A stretch of DNA of 63,819 nt, counting the filler, from Lenisia limosa (lineage: Eukaryota > Protista > Breviatea), in the NCBI GenBank assembly GCA_001655205.1. It is 15 parts of 15 records of this genome, joined end to end, with 100 filler letters (N's around TTAATTAATTAA, not from the genome) between each part and the next. Parts side by side here need not be neighbours in the genome. Positions count along the whole stretch, not along the records: positions 13,558 to 17,050 come from LPNZ01000355.1; positions 17,151 to 20,476 come from LPNZ01008149.1; positions 20,577 to 23,060 come from LPNZ01009863.1; positions 23,161 to 24,304 come from LPNZ01007757.1; positions 24,405 to 25,568 come from LPNZ01008046.1; 10 more parts are not named here. One strand, 5' to 3'. This document shows positions 13,514-25,230 of the stretch, piece after piece. The notes under the pieces are model-generated. The model was not told the origin of the DNA and made no database searches. It worked only from the letters and a program-made list of their open reading frames with translations. How positions within the stretch are numbered: position 1 is the stretch's first letter; every line of letters starts with the position of its first letter. The translations under genes were made by a program, and so were the position numbers.

Positions 13514-13739
13514 NNNNNNNNNNNNNNNNNNNNNNNNNNNNNNNNNNNNNNNNNNNNACCTAACAGTCAATATGATATCGGGGAAGCAGCTGCACACCTA
13601 TCATCATCTCAGCCACACCATCTTACTCTCATCAACTGACCCACACCATATCACCTACACCCATCATCCCACCATATCACTTTGTTTTGATTTGGGCTTT
13701 ATTGTTTCAAATAATTTTCCAATTACTCTCCCTCATTAT

Positions 13740-16730
13740 CCAACCTGCAGGTTACTGAACACAACGTCAGCGGAAAGGACCTTGCCAGTCTTTTGCTTGA
13801 TGTGCAGCATGAATGGCTCTCTGTTTTGTGAAATTACGTACCAACACTCCCAGAAAACAAGGATTTGAAATAATCCCAGAAGCAGTCAAAATAAAACGCA
13901 AAATAAGAACACAGAAATATTTCAAGTCCCAACCAAGCCTCTACTCTTACCTGCTGCCAGGCATAACCGTGCATCTGAGAGGTGACACGACAACCGTGCC
14001 TGTCTCACATTCCAGACCTGAGGATGGCATGGGGGTTGCTGGGTCTTCAGCCTGTCAAAATGAGTTTCTTCATAATACGTACCAGCAAGTATATGATATG
14101 CCTAGGGATGTGGGGGGGATGTAAGGCTTCACTTCGGTTCGGGAAAATATCGGTAGTTTTCGAGAATATATCGAGAAGTTCAGTCTTTACTTCGAATCAA
14201 AGTGAATCCCTAGGGGAGAGGTTTATTTCATTATTCTGTGTTTCACAGGATTAAAAAATCCGAAAGAGAGCGATGTATACAGAACAGCATAACAACAGGA
14301 GTTTAGCAAGGAATTCGGAACACCTTGCATACCAGAACAGGGCAGAGCGTAATAGGGACGTCTCCACTGTTGACAATATGTACTTGGGATGTGACTGTCT
14401 TTTGGACCACTTTTGGTCCAGCTTCGACAACTTCAGGCTCCACGTGCACGCATAATTCACCTAAAAAAGGGTTCAGTTCAGTTCAATTTACTTCATTTCA
14501 GATCGCTTCAATTCTGTTCGCTGAAAAAAAAATCTGAAATCGAAAGTTATCAAGGACAGATACATGCCCATTTTCGCGACCAAAGTCACAAGTGTTGGGG
14601 TCATCAAAAGCAGCTGCTAGGCACCCACCTGCAGAGGCAACAACAGAGAAGTCAGCCAGAACAGTGTCGGTATTGGAGAGGTACACGAAGCCAGTCGCTC
14701 TGAAGGCTATTAACTCGGAAACCTGATAGTTCGCTAACAGCTTTATATTCATGCAAAAAAGATTGAGCGGCTATATCGCAAGAACCGCATTCATAATATA
14801 GTTGTTACACAATTTTATGTATTTTGTTGTTCACACAAATAATTCATTCGAAAGTAGCAAATCAGGTCCAACCTTGAAGAAGGCTGATTCTCGGATAGTT
14901 TGCAAGAGATATCGATAGAAACGTTCACCCTCGAGGGCACTGTGAAGATTCCGTCCTGGGTCAATAAGGTACATGAAAGGGGCTGATATCCCCATGAGCA
15001 ATTATGTAGCAAAAGCAAAAAAAAAACACGGAGCATAACAGAAAATGATAAAAGACTTCCTCCAACTTCAGCACTCCACTCAGGGCAGTCTTGACTAAAA
15101 CCGATTCGAATCGGGACGTCCGCGAGGCATGAACTCGATATTTTGAGGGACGCCGTGGAGGCGCGGTCCTTCGCTACCCGACCAAAGTCCAAAACCGGTC
15201 TGCAGGGTCAGGGGGGGGGAGTAAAATTGGAGATTGTATGAAAAAAAAAGAGCCCAAAATCAACTCTGTTGGCTGAAAACAAAAACAAGCGTTGATAACA
15301 ACAAAACAACCAAAGCCCAGGCCAGTCGCTTCTACAGCCCCATATCCCATCATGAAAGGGGGTGGGGGACAGAAATAGAATAATGAAAAGAAAGAGTAGA
15401 AAGGAATAATAAAATAATAATAGTATCCAGACCAAAAGACCCCATGCATGCAAGTCTCCATAACAGGGAGCAAACCTAGTTAACCAGACCAAAAGACCCC
15501 ATCCATGCAAGTCTCCATAACAGGGAGCAAACCTAGTTATGGACACGGCAGGGGTGTGGGCGGTTCCCGTGATGGAAACTACTGCTTCTTCGTCTCCCGC
15601 CGTGAACCTGGAGGTGGGGTGAGGGTCGTTNNNNNNNNNNNNNNNNNNNNNNNNNNNNNNNNNNNNNNNNNNNNNNNNNNNNNNNNNNNNNNNNNNNNNN
15701 NNNNNNNNNNNNNNNNNNNNNNNNNNNNCACAAGTCACTCCAATAAATAGCACAGCACTCTCATTTTCCTTCCTTACGCTTAGTACCCTTGGAAATGATT
15801 GTACACACACTTAAGATGTCATATGAGTAACTTATTCCACCTTGTGAAGTATTTGCTTCTGTGTCCAGTCTTATCAGGTGTGTATACAGCCTGTTCAAGC
15901 CTACCTGCACGACGTCTCCCCATGACACGCTTCAGTTGGCTGGAAGAGTGCAACAGCAAACGCTGAGGAGTTGCCTTCAATAAACGATGGGCTGGAGGAG
16001 TGAAAATAAATCAGCATGTGAAAAAACAGGAGAAAGGCGCAGATATCAGAATTCCTAGTAGATATCATCAAAAAAATTACCCCTATTGCATTGGCACTTC
16101 CCCATACAAAATGATAGCGTTATATTATGTATATATGCCTCATAAAGTAGCCATACCTGACTACGGAAAAGTCTTTTGAGCCAGAGTAATGGGCTTGCAA
16201 AGCCACCCTTTGCGATGATGTGTTACTGACCCGAATGAGACGCGTAGCGCAAGCTTTGGGCGAACTCATCTCGACGGTCTTTCTTAATAAGGCAAGTGCC
16301 TCTTCGGGATATTCCGTGTCGGAAGGAAGCGGTGCTGGCGGGAGTCCAACCAAAACGTCCCCAAAGTTAACAGGGAGCAAGTCGCCCTTGACGAAGATTG
16401 CCTCTTTGATGAGCGCACGGAGGGGAATCTCATGATAAGGACCGTGGCCTTGGAACATCGAAAGGAATATTCGGTTCTGTGGGCCGGCAGAGGTCATATC
16501 AACACCCGTGTCCTGGCAAAGAGTTGCCTAATACGTAAGTCAAAATGAACAGTGAGAGGAAACAAACACAAAAAAACATGTTTATAATACTTTCATATTG
16601 TTTTTTCTCTAGAAGAGCACTCACGGATATGGTAACACTAGCAAGAGGGCGAATGATGACAAAGGACTTGGAAAGGACCAGGGACGGCAGCCCTGAAGAA
16701 AGCGCAACGTTAACGTCATGACTGGCCTAG
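13740..16730 (-). CDS. Multi-exon protein with repeated ASH/Ig-like (ASPM-SPD-2-Hydin-type) domains, partial
   Basis: Exons give repeated hallmark motifs: VNFGDVLVG...ATRLIRVSNTSSQRVAL...FSVV; AVALFQP; VVSITGTAHTPAV; DFGRVAKDRASTASLKISSS; TGFVYLSNTDTVLADFSV; TVTSQVHIVNSGDVPITL. Several junctions join in frame through canonical sites. Confidence 0.6.
15427..15539. repeat. 57-bp tandem duplication at an exon end of the ASH-domain gene
   Basis: ccagaccaaaagaccccat(g/c)catgcaagtctccataacagggagcaaacctagtta twice, with one mismatch. Confidence 0.9.
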
Positions 16731-17568
16731 AGGGTCAGTGGGTGGAGGGGATGGGGTGGAATCATTTTCTTTCAAGTTGTTCAAGTCGCATCACATCATT
16801 CCACAGTCATGATTAGGGCTTCACTTCGGTTCAAAAAAGCCTGGCTACATTTCGATAGTTTTCAAGGATTTATCGAAAAATACAGTCTTTGTTTTCATAA
16901 ATTTTTTTCGAACCGAAGTAAAACCCTAGTTTTAATTCATGCCACAGGTTGTTTGTAGTGGATGAGGATTGTACCGAATAGGCTGAGGTTAGAACACCCA
17001 TTACAACAAAAGAAGCGGACTATCAACTGATAACAAATGGCGAGCTATTTNNNNNNNNNNNNNNNNNNNNNNNNNNNNNNNNNNNNNNNNNNNNTTAATT
17101 AATTAANNNNNNNNNNNNNNNNNNNNNNNNNNNNNNNNNNNNNNNNNNNNTATAATATTACATAGTATATTATATTGTCTATATGATATCGATATACTAT
17201 GTAAGTTTTTTCATGGAGGGGAGGAGATAACTTTGTTTTTTTGTCAGTGGTGGGTGGATCTGCTTATTCCGTGATTTTGGAAATATTATATCATATTCAC
17301 TGACCAGGATAAGTCTTGTCCGTTTTTCATTATAGCAAATCGATCAAGGTCACTATTTTTTTTTTTGTTTTATTGTTTTTTTTTCTGTTTTTCATACATT
17401 TGTAATNNNNNNNNNNNNNNNNNNNNNNNNNNNNNNNNNNNNNNNNNNNNNNNNNNNNNNNNNNNNNNNNNNNNNNNNNNNNNNNNNNNNNNNNNNNNNN
17501 NNNNNNNNNNNNNNNNNNNNNNNNNNNNNNNNNNNNNNNNNNNCTCTTTTTTTTGGTTAATTTTCCAA

Positions 17569-20430
17569 GTTCACCTCCCCAGGCACCTGATGAAGAGTCT
17601 TCCGTCCTCTCCAAGGGTAACGTACCAACCACTCTCGAAGCCGCTGCCATAGCTGCCCAGGCCGGGTTTGGGGGGAAATATTGACTTCTATGGCCGGGTT
17701 TGGGGGAGGTGATATTAAGTTTAAGGGGTTATATTTTAAGAAGGGTTGAGTTTCAGTAAGGCTGTGCGTGGGTTTGGCATATTTTGTGGGGAAACAAGAA
17801 CCAATACTTCTTTTTGAATAAGAGAAATAATCATTAAAATCTAGGGTATCTAATCAATAACGCCAAAAACAAATTTCATTATTGTCACTAAAGCCACACA
17901 CTCTGAATATTCTGAAAAGAACAATAAGTAAAGAAGCCATCACCTGACCCTGCAGCAAAGAATGGGAGGTTGTTTCATGGGAGGAGACACCAAAGCACAT
18001 TGCGCTTAACAAACGCGGCTCTGACCTCGAGGTTCGATCTCGGCTGGCTGGTGTTTTTTTTTTTATTATTATTTTTATATTGGTTTTTATATTGGTATTT
18101 TTTTTTTTGTTTTTTTTTCACTTTTTCCTCCCATTCAGGCCGATAACGAAGCCTCTTCTGACGAAAAGGCCGACCCCATCATCAAACTCAAGGCCAAGTG
18201 AGGGGTGCTATATGCAATATTTCATGGAATGTAATAATGATATTGTGAATCAATGAGGTGAATCAATTAAGTCTAGCCGGTTGTGTTGTTTCTTTTTGTT
18301 TTGAGTTTTAGATTATTCGGTTCATGAATAGCATCTTTAAGCCAGTATTATATGATTTTCATCGTAATTACCTTCCTTCTACGCAGAGTTGATTTGGGCT
18401 TTTTTGTTTCATAAATNNNNNNNNNNNNNNNNNNNNNNNNNNNNNNNNNNNNNNNNNNNNNNNNNNNNNNNNNNNNNNNNNNNNNNNNNNNNNNNNNNNN
18501 NNNNNNNNNNNNNNNNNNNNNNNCGACATCAAGAACGTTTCTATTCTGGCTGAGGGGCACTTTGATCTGTTGATGAGGGTAAGGGGTGATGATGATAATA
18601 ATAAGAACGATGGTGATGTTAATGAATAATAATGGGGGTGAGGGTGATGAAAACCAGTTGGTAAACAATCCACCAAGTAATTTTCTCGGAAAACGCCATG
18701 ACGTTGCAGGTGATGGCTGATGAAACCTTCAACCCCGTCCACTTGACCGAAGCCCCCCTTGTTATTGCTGATGTTGCCTTGAAGTGAGGGGAGGGGGCAA
18801 GGTTTATTCATTTCTTTGAAAGTGGTGCAATATATCGAGTTTTAGGCAAATGCTCTATTATCGTGATGGTGCGGTGTTTTGTTTTGTTTTTGTTTTTCTT
18901 ATTCATTTCTTATTTTTAATTCTTCACTTTTCCCAGGTCTATCGACGCTTGCATCAACCAAAGCGAGTACTACATGCTCATGTCCTTCCTCAATGATTTC
19001 CTTTCCCTTGTGGTTGCCAACAGAATTCCGCCACCCATTATGGTACCGGACTTGTTCAAGGAGCTCAAGGCCGTGGGGGGTGATAAGAAACTGAAAAAAT
19101 ATCTATCGAGTGTTCTGCGTGATTTTCTCTATTATTTTTTTGAGTGTTTTATCAAACAAAGCTGCATTTAAAACTGTTTTGTTTTTGTTTTGTTTCATAA
19201 ATAGTCTCTCTCTCTCTCATATTGCCATATTCACCACCACCAGGTTCTCAGAGAAGTCGAGGCTATTCTCCGTTCCTCCACCATCAGCGAGCGTATTCCG
19301 TTGCTAGCCTCTGTTATGGTGTCTTCTATCGATTGCAGGTGCGGGGGAGGGGGGGGGGCTATGATCTTAATATTATACACATATTGAAGGNNNNNNNNNN
19401 NNNNNNNNNNNNNNNNNNNNNNNNNNNNNNNNNNNNNNNNNNNNNNNNNNNNNNNNNNNNNNNNNNNNNNNNNNNNATGTTCCCTCTTTACCATTTTACC
19501 TCTATATTTATCTTAAACCATTTCTTATATATACATACATATTTAGCTTGACTTATATTTTCACATTTTGTTATAGTATGTACATATGATACGCACACAT
19601 TTGCTATTATATCAAAATATAAGAGCCTGGGCTTTGTTTGTTTTGTTGTTCTCAATGTGTTACCAGCCGACAGTTTTTTAAAAAACATTTGGTTTCATAA
19701 ATTTTCCAATATTACTTCCCCTTCTCCCCCTTTTTTTTCAATAATACCCACTCAGACTCACGCATCGCCCGTCTACTGTGGTTGAAGNNNNNNNNNNNNN
19801 NNNNNNNNNNNNNNNNNNNNNNNNNNNNNNNNNNNNNNATGTCGCTTTATTGTATCAATTAGCACTCCGTGCAATTCTTTTCAATTTAAAATTTGACGAC
19901 ACATTTTGAATATTTGACGATATTTGACATTAAAAGTTTGAAATGTAATTCTTGATTAATTTGTCCCTCTTCAAATATTTAATTCATTTCTCTAGTAATT
20001 AAAGAGTTGTTGATAAATGGAGTAATGATTTTCTAATTTTAACTGCACTGGCCCAGGCTTTGTTTGTTTTGTTATTATCAACCCTTCCAACTCACTCCCC
20101 CTTAGGCTCTCGTGGAGAACCAGGTATCCGGAGCCGTAGCCAAGGCCACCCTGGCACGAATGGACATTTTCGGTGTTCCCGGAAGATACACTCCGGAGCT
20201 GGTGCATCTTATTCGGTTTGGGTTTCATATTAACCTTTAATTAAAGTGGTATGGAACAATTGTCAGCCAAGAGGGGTTTTTTTTTGTTATTTTTTTTTTC
20301 ATCACTTCTCCAATTTTACTCCACCAGAACAATTCCGTCCCCCTCAGCACCCTTCTTCTTCTCCCTGCGTTTCGACAGAAAACACGAGCCCATCCCCATT
20401 ATGATCCACATTGCTGATGACAAGGAAAAC
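17569..20430 (+). CDS. Large multi-exon protein fragment, weakly reminiscent of VPS13/ATG2-like bridge lipid-transfer proteins
   Basis: Spliced exons include VIFSENAMTLQVMADETFNPVHLTEAPLVIADVALK|SIDACINQSEYYMLMSFLNDFLSLVV..., VLREVEAILRSSTISERIPLL... and ALVENQVSGAVAKATLARMDIFG.... The coding status is solid; the family call rests only on a beta-strand-then-helix pattern and is weak. Confidence 0.45.
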
Positions 20431-21970
20431 CAGGGTGAGCTAGAGGGGTAAACGAAGGAAATTTCAATGAGGATAANNNNNNNNNNNNNNNNNNNNNNNN
20501 NNNNNNNNNNNNNNNNNNNNTTAATTAATTAANNNNNNNNNNNNNNNNNNNNNNNNNNNNNNNNNNNNNNNNNNNNAGCAATAACAAACATGAGCAACCA
20601 ACGCTAAAACTAGACAAAAGCCAGATGACAAAAACATAAAAACAAGTAAAACGCAGGAAATTTCAATGCAGAATATTGGTGTGAAGGTACTAATCACGAA
20701 CCGAAAAATCTGAGGGGGGGTAGATAATTTATGTAACAAAAAAGCTGAAACCAACATGGTTGGCTGATAGCACACCAGGGTTGATAAAAACAAAACAAAC
20801 AACGCCATAGAACTGAATTCCCGATAAATTGTAATGGAGAATACTGGCGTAAAGGTACAAGTGTAAAACTAGGGCTTTACTTCGGTTTAAAAAAGAAAAA
20901 TATCGATAGTTTTCGAGGATTTATCGAGAAATGCAGTCTTTTTTACACCGAATGAAAGCCCAATGTAAAACGAATGAAATTGAAATGAAGAGTATTGGCG
21001 TAAAAGTACAAGTGTAAACCGAAGGAAAGTGCCATGGAGACTACAGCCAACTCCCACGATTTGCTAGGTTTGGACAGGGAGGAGTTCTGTGCAGGAGCAG
21101 GCGCTGAAATGTGAGATCACAAATAAGGTGGAGCATGGTGGGTATCATATGTATGCACACTGACTAGGATAAGTCTTGACTAGTAATACTCTATATTACA
21201 TACATTAGAAATTTAGGGAATCAAATTAAACATAGGGATACCATAAACAAATTGCCATACTTCCGACCAATACTCAAGAAATGACTGATTTTCCCCCGAA
21301 AACTATCGATATTCACCGGTATTTTGTGGAACCTAAGTGAAGCCTACTTCCATCCAAGCCTTCATAAAATACCCCCGGGTACCTCCATAATACCCCCGGG
21401 TATCCCATAGTACCGCGGGTACCCCATAATACCCGGGTACCGTTTTCGGCCATGGCGTTGATAGCAGCTGACAGCAGCCGTGCCACCGAGCCTTGCCACT
21501 CCGGTTTGCGCCTTGAGCGTGTTGGCGCCATTTTGCGCTGATTTCTGGAGGGGGGGGGGAGTAAAATTGGAAAATTTACGAAACGGGGAGTATAATTGGA
21601 TAAAACGAAGGCAATTTGTTGAACGAAGAAAGAATATTGGCGTAAAGGTACATCCTGAATAAAAAATGGACAATCAATGAACCCAAAGAGGAATATTACA
21701 ACAAAATTGCCCAAAATCAACTCTGCTGGTAAAGGGTACAATTGTTTATTGTATCCCTATGTGATTATTTGACTCCCTAGATTATAATGAATGTCTTTAT
21801 TCTATTCCCCCACAAGCTCCAAAAACTATCCCAAATAATCCTGGTTTACATTTAGTGTATAATATACGATTCTTCTTCTCTGACCCCTCCCCCACCACCA
21901 AAATTACCCCCCAAAATCCTACAGAGAGAGGTGTGGGAGGGCATGTGTCATTGTTATCCCTATTCACATA

Positions 21971-22045
21971 CAGTGACCGGGATATTTGTCCTATTTTCCT
22001 TGGGGAAATAGCATTTGAAATCGCCAAAACTTTTCCCAGTCACTG
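21971..22045. mobile_element. MITE family B with Tc1-type CAGTG ends and TA flanks; second full copy 62649-62726
   Basis: TA|CAGTGACC...AGTCACTG|TA at 21971-22045. The 62649-62726 copy has about 29-bp TIRs. Fragments at about 9540, 17297, 21158, 41563 and 62140. Confidence 0.8.
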
Positions 22046-22144
22046 TATGCATACATTATATATTTGGTTCCCAAGATAATATGATATCATACATGTATAT
22101 AATGAATAACTTTCATTTTTTTACCTAGATTATACCAATCCAAT

Positions 22145-22249
22145 GTGGACGGCTTCGGCCAGATAATCCAATATCTCTTTATAAGCGTGATGGCGTGGAC
22201 GGCTTCGGCCAGATACTATAATTCAATATCTCTTCTAAGCGTGATGGTG
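22145..22249. repeat. Repeat family G (atccaatatctcttataagcgtgatggcgtggacggcttcggccagata), tandem here and dispersed elsewhere
   Basis: Two tandem units here; related copies at about 13360, 23915, 25300, 29800 and 63105. Confidence 0.75.
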
Positions 22250-23611
22250 NNNNNNNNNNGTTTCCCCAAAAGTCCTACAATGAGAGATGAGTTGATTGGG
22301 CGTGTTTCAATGAGTTGCTGTCCGTTTGCTGGGGGGAGTAAAATTGGACAATTTATGCAACAAGAAGCCCAAATCAACCCTGTTTGCAGTGGGGTGATAA
22401 GGGAAAGAGAAATACAATATTAATTCAGGCTAACAACACGGGGGGGGGGGGGGNNNNNNNNNNNNNNNNNNNNNNNNNNNNNNNNNNNNNNNNNNNNNNN
22501 NNNNNNNNNNNNNNNNNNNNNNNNNNNNNNNNNNNNNNNNNNNNNNNNNNNNNNNNNNNNNNNNNNNNNNNNNNNNNNNNNNNNNNNNNNNNNNNNNNNN
22601 NNNNNNNCTGACAACACGCGAGGGTTGATAACAACAAAAAAAAGTGAAATGGGAAAGTTGGGAAAAAATTGAGTGGAAAAATTATGAGAAAAAAGCCCAG
22701 AATCAACTCTGCTGGCTCGATATATGATATACTAATCTCAATACACACTCTTTTGTATCATCAGATATAAGTACACACACATATCTAGCTTTATAGCTAT
22801 ATGATAAAAATTTACTACTTTGCATAATATACACACATGATGACATATCCATACCTACGGTTTCACTTCGGTCCGAAAAAAGACTGAATTTCTCGATAAA
22901 TCTTCGAAATTTTTCTATATTTTCCCGGAATTTTTCGAACCGAAGTGAAGCCCTATCCATACCCCCCACTGCCATGGCAAGAGTCAGTAAATCAGGCGGT
23001 CGCGAGGCTAATTCCTCCTGTCGCTCCTTCACCTGTGGAGTATTAGTATCTCTACTATTTNNNNNNNNNNNNNNNNNNNNNNNNNNNNNNNNNNNNNNNN
23101 NNNNTTAATTAATTAANNNNNNNNNNNNNNNNNNNNNNNNNNNNNNNNNNNNNNNNNNNNGGGGGGGGGGAGGGGTATCATATTGATCTTTTTTTTTGAA
23201 CAAGAGAAATAGTATACATTAGAAATCTAGGGAAACAAACAAAATAATATCATAGTATCAAAATATCATAATACAACCGCGATAAGTCATGACACGATAA
23301 CTAAAGATAACGTCAGCGAAAATGGTTGATATTTAGCGGTTCCCTGCGGTTCCAAAAAAAAGACCGAATATCTCGATAAACCCTCGATAAATATCGATTC
23401 TTTTTCGGATTGTAGGGAAGCCCTAGTGATAATACTGAGGAGGAGAGTGTCAGTTTTTATTGAGATAACCCGGGATCTTTTTGTTTTTTGTTTCATAATA
23501 TACTCCCCCCTTTAATTTTGTAGCTGGAATGATGATATAGTAATAGTGGGGCCCCCGGCAGGTCTCTTGGGTTCTCCTGTGCTGAATCACATCTGAAAAT
23601 AATCTCCATAG

Positions 23612-24155
23612 GTAGCGCTCCAGCTTTGGGCGATCGAGTGGCCTATGTCATTGTTAAGGTGGGGGCTTTATAGATATCATATGATATTTGAGACTTGTTA
23701 CAGAATAAGTATTGTGTTGTAAATAACAAGCTGGAGGGGGGTATGTAGATTGTAATTGGTCACATCTGCATTTCTTGCATTAGTTACACATTAGGGGAAC
23801 AAGGACAGTAAAGCCTACGAGAAGTCTGAAGACCCCATTTACGTTCTTCAGCACAACATCCCCATCGGTTGGCGAATGATTGGATGACTTAATATCATAT
23901 CAAATAATACTGTAATCCAATATCTCTTATAAGCGTGANNNNNNNNNNNNNNNNNNNNNNNNNNNNNNNNNNNNNNNNNNNNNNNNNNNNNNNNNNNNNN
24001 NNNNNNNNNNNNNNNNNNNNNNNNNNNNNNNNNNNNNNNNNNNNNNNNNNCAACAAGTCACCCTGCAGACACGGACTACTACCTGAACCAACAGCTGCAC
24101 AACCCCCTTGAGAGGGTCTTCGAGCCCATCGTTCCAAATATCAAAACCCTCTTCG
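23612..24155 (+). CDS. POLD1: DNA polymerase delta catalytic subunit, C-terminal part of the polymerase domain (exons 23612-23658, 23795-23867, 24069-24155)
   Basis: Spliced GSAPALGDRVAYVIVK|GNKDSKAYEKSEDPIYVLQHNIPI|DTDYYLNQQLHNPLERVFEPIVPNIKTLF matches the conserved Pol delta motifs GDRVxYVI, AYExSEDPxYVL and YYLxxQLxxPxxRxFEPI. Confidence 0.92.
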
Positions 24156-24242
24156 GTGGGCATATTGTACCAGGGAAATATCGATAGTTTTCGAGGATTT
24201 ATCGAGAAATTGGGTCTTATATCGAACCGAAGTGAAGCCCAA

Positions 24243-24304
24243 ACTGTACCCCATCTTAGGCCGGCATATTGTACCCCATCTTAGGCCGGCATATTGTACC
24301 CCAT
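24243..24304. repeat. 25-bp tandem repeat (about 2.4 copies, cut by a gap)
   Basis: tgtaccccatcttaggccggcatat repeated. Confidence 0.85.
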
Positions 24305-24859
24305 NNNNNNNNNNNNNNNNNNNNNNNNNNNNNNNNNNNNNNNNNNNNTTAATTAATTAANNNNNNNNNNNNNNNNNNNNNNNNNNNNNNNNNNNNNNNN
24401 NNNNGCCCCACCAACAATCAATGTCAAAATTCATCACATGACGTCATGACGTCAGCACTTCTCTAAGATCCACCGTTAGCGATCCGCGATCCGCCGTGAT
24501 TGCTTGGCGGAGTTATGTTTCTGTAGAGTTCCCCCTTGACGGTTCATATTACACTGAAGTTATCAAAAGCGATCATATTAACCCCCCCAGATTTTTTTCT
24601 GGACCCTCCGGTTCAAATTTTCGGCTGGCTCCCGGTGTCACCCATGGTTTGGCCGCGCGCCTGCTTTTTGAGAGTGTTGATTAGAGTATTAGGAGAGGTA
24701 TTATTAGACGATCAGACACGTAGAGACAACACTAAGTTTTTTTAAAAAAACAGGATGGCTGTTCCTTTCCGATTCTCGGATCAATTGTCTCTATGAAGTT
24801 ACCAGTCCAACAAACGCCATATAACAACATAATTAGGTATTTATAAACATACAGAAGGC

Positions 24860-25230
24860 ATGCTGGCTCGCTCCACCTTTCTCTTCCTCCTTGTCAGCCT
24901 TGTTGTAGTTCAACTTAATGCGATCCCGTTCTTCGCTTCGATTGAAAGCGGCTTCGCGGCTCTTGGAGGCGCTGAAGGGTTTATTTCGGCAACTGCTGCG
25001 GAAACTCCTGCGATGAGAAGCCTTGATGGCACCGGGAATATCAGTACAAGTTGGCACGGGAGGGGGGTGTGGTGGTTTATGAGAGAGAGATGCGGGTTGG
25101 CTGGCNNNNNNNNNNNNNNNNNNNNNNNNNNNNNNNNNNNNNNNNNNNNNNNNNNNNNNNNNNNNNNNNNNNNNNNNNNNNNNNNNNNNNTTGATTATGT
25201 TAATTGGGCACTGCCGAAAGGTGTGTGCGC
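24860..25230 (+). CDS. 5' part of a putative secreted protein with a signal peptide
   Basis: MLARSTFLFLLVSLVVVQLNA-IPFFAS...: basic N-terminus, hydrophobic core and an AxA-like cleavage site. A further exon reads DYVNWALPK. Confidence 0.55.
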
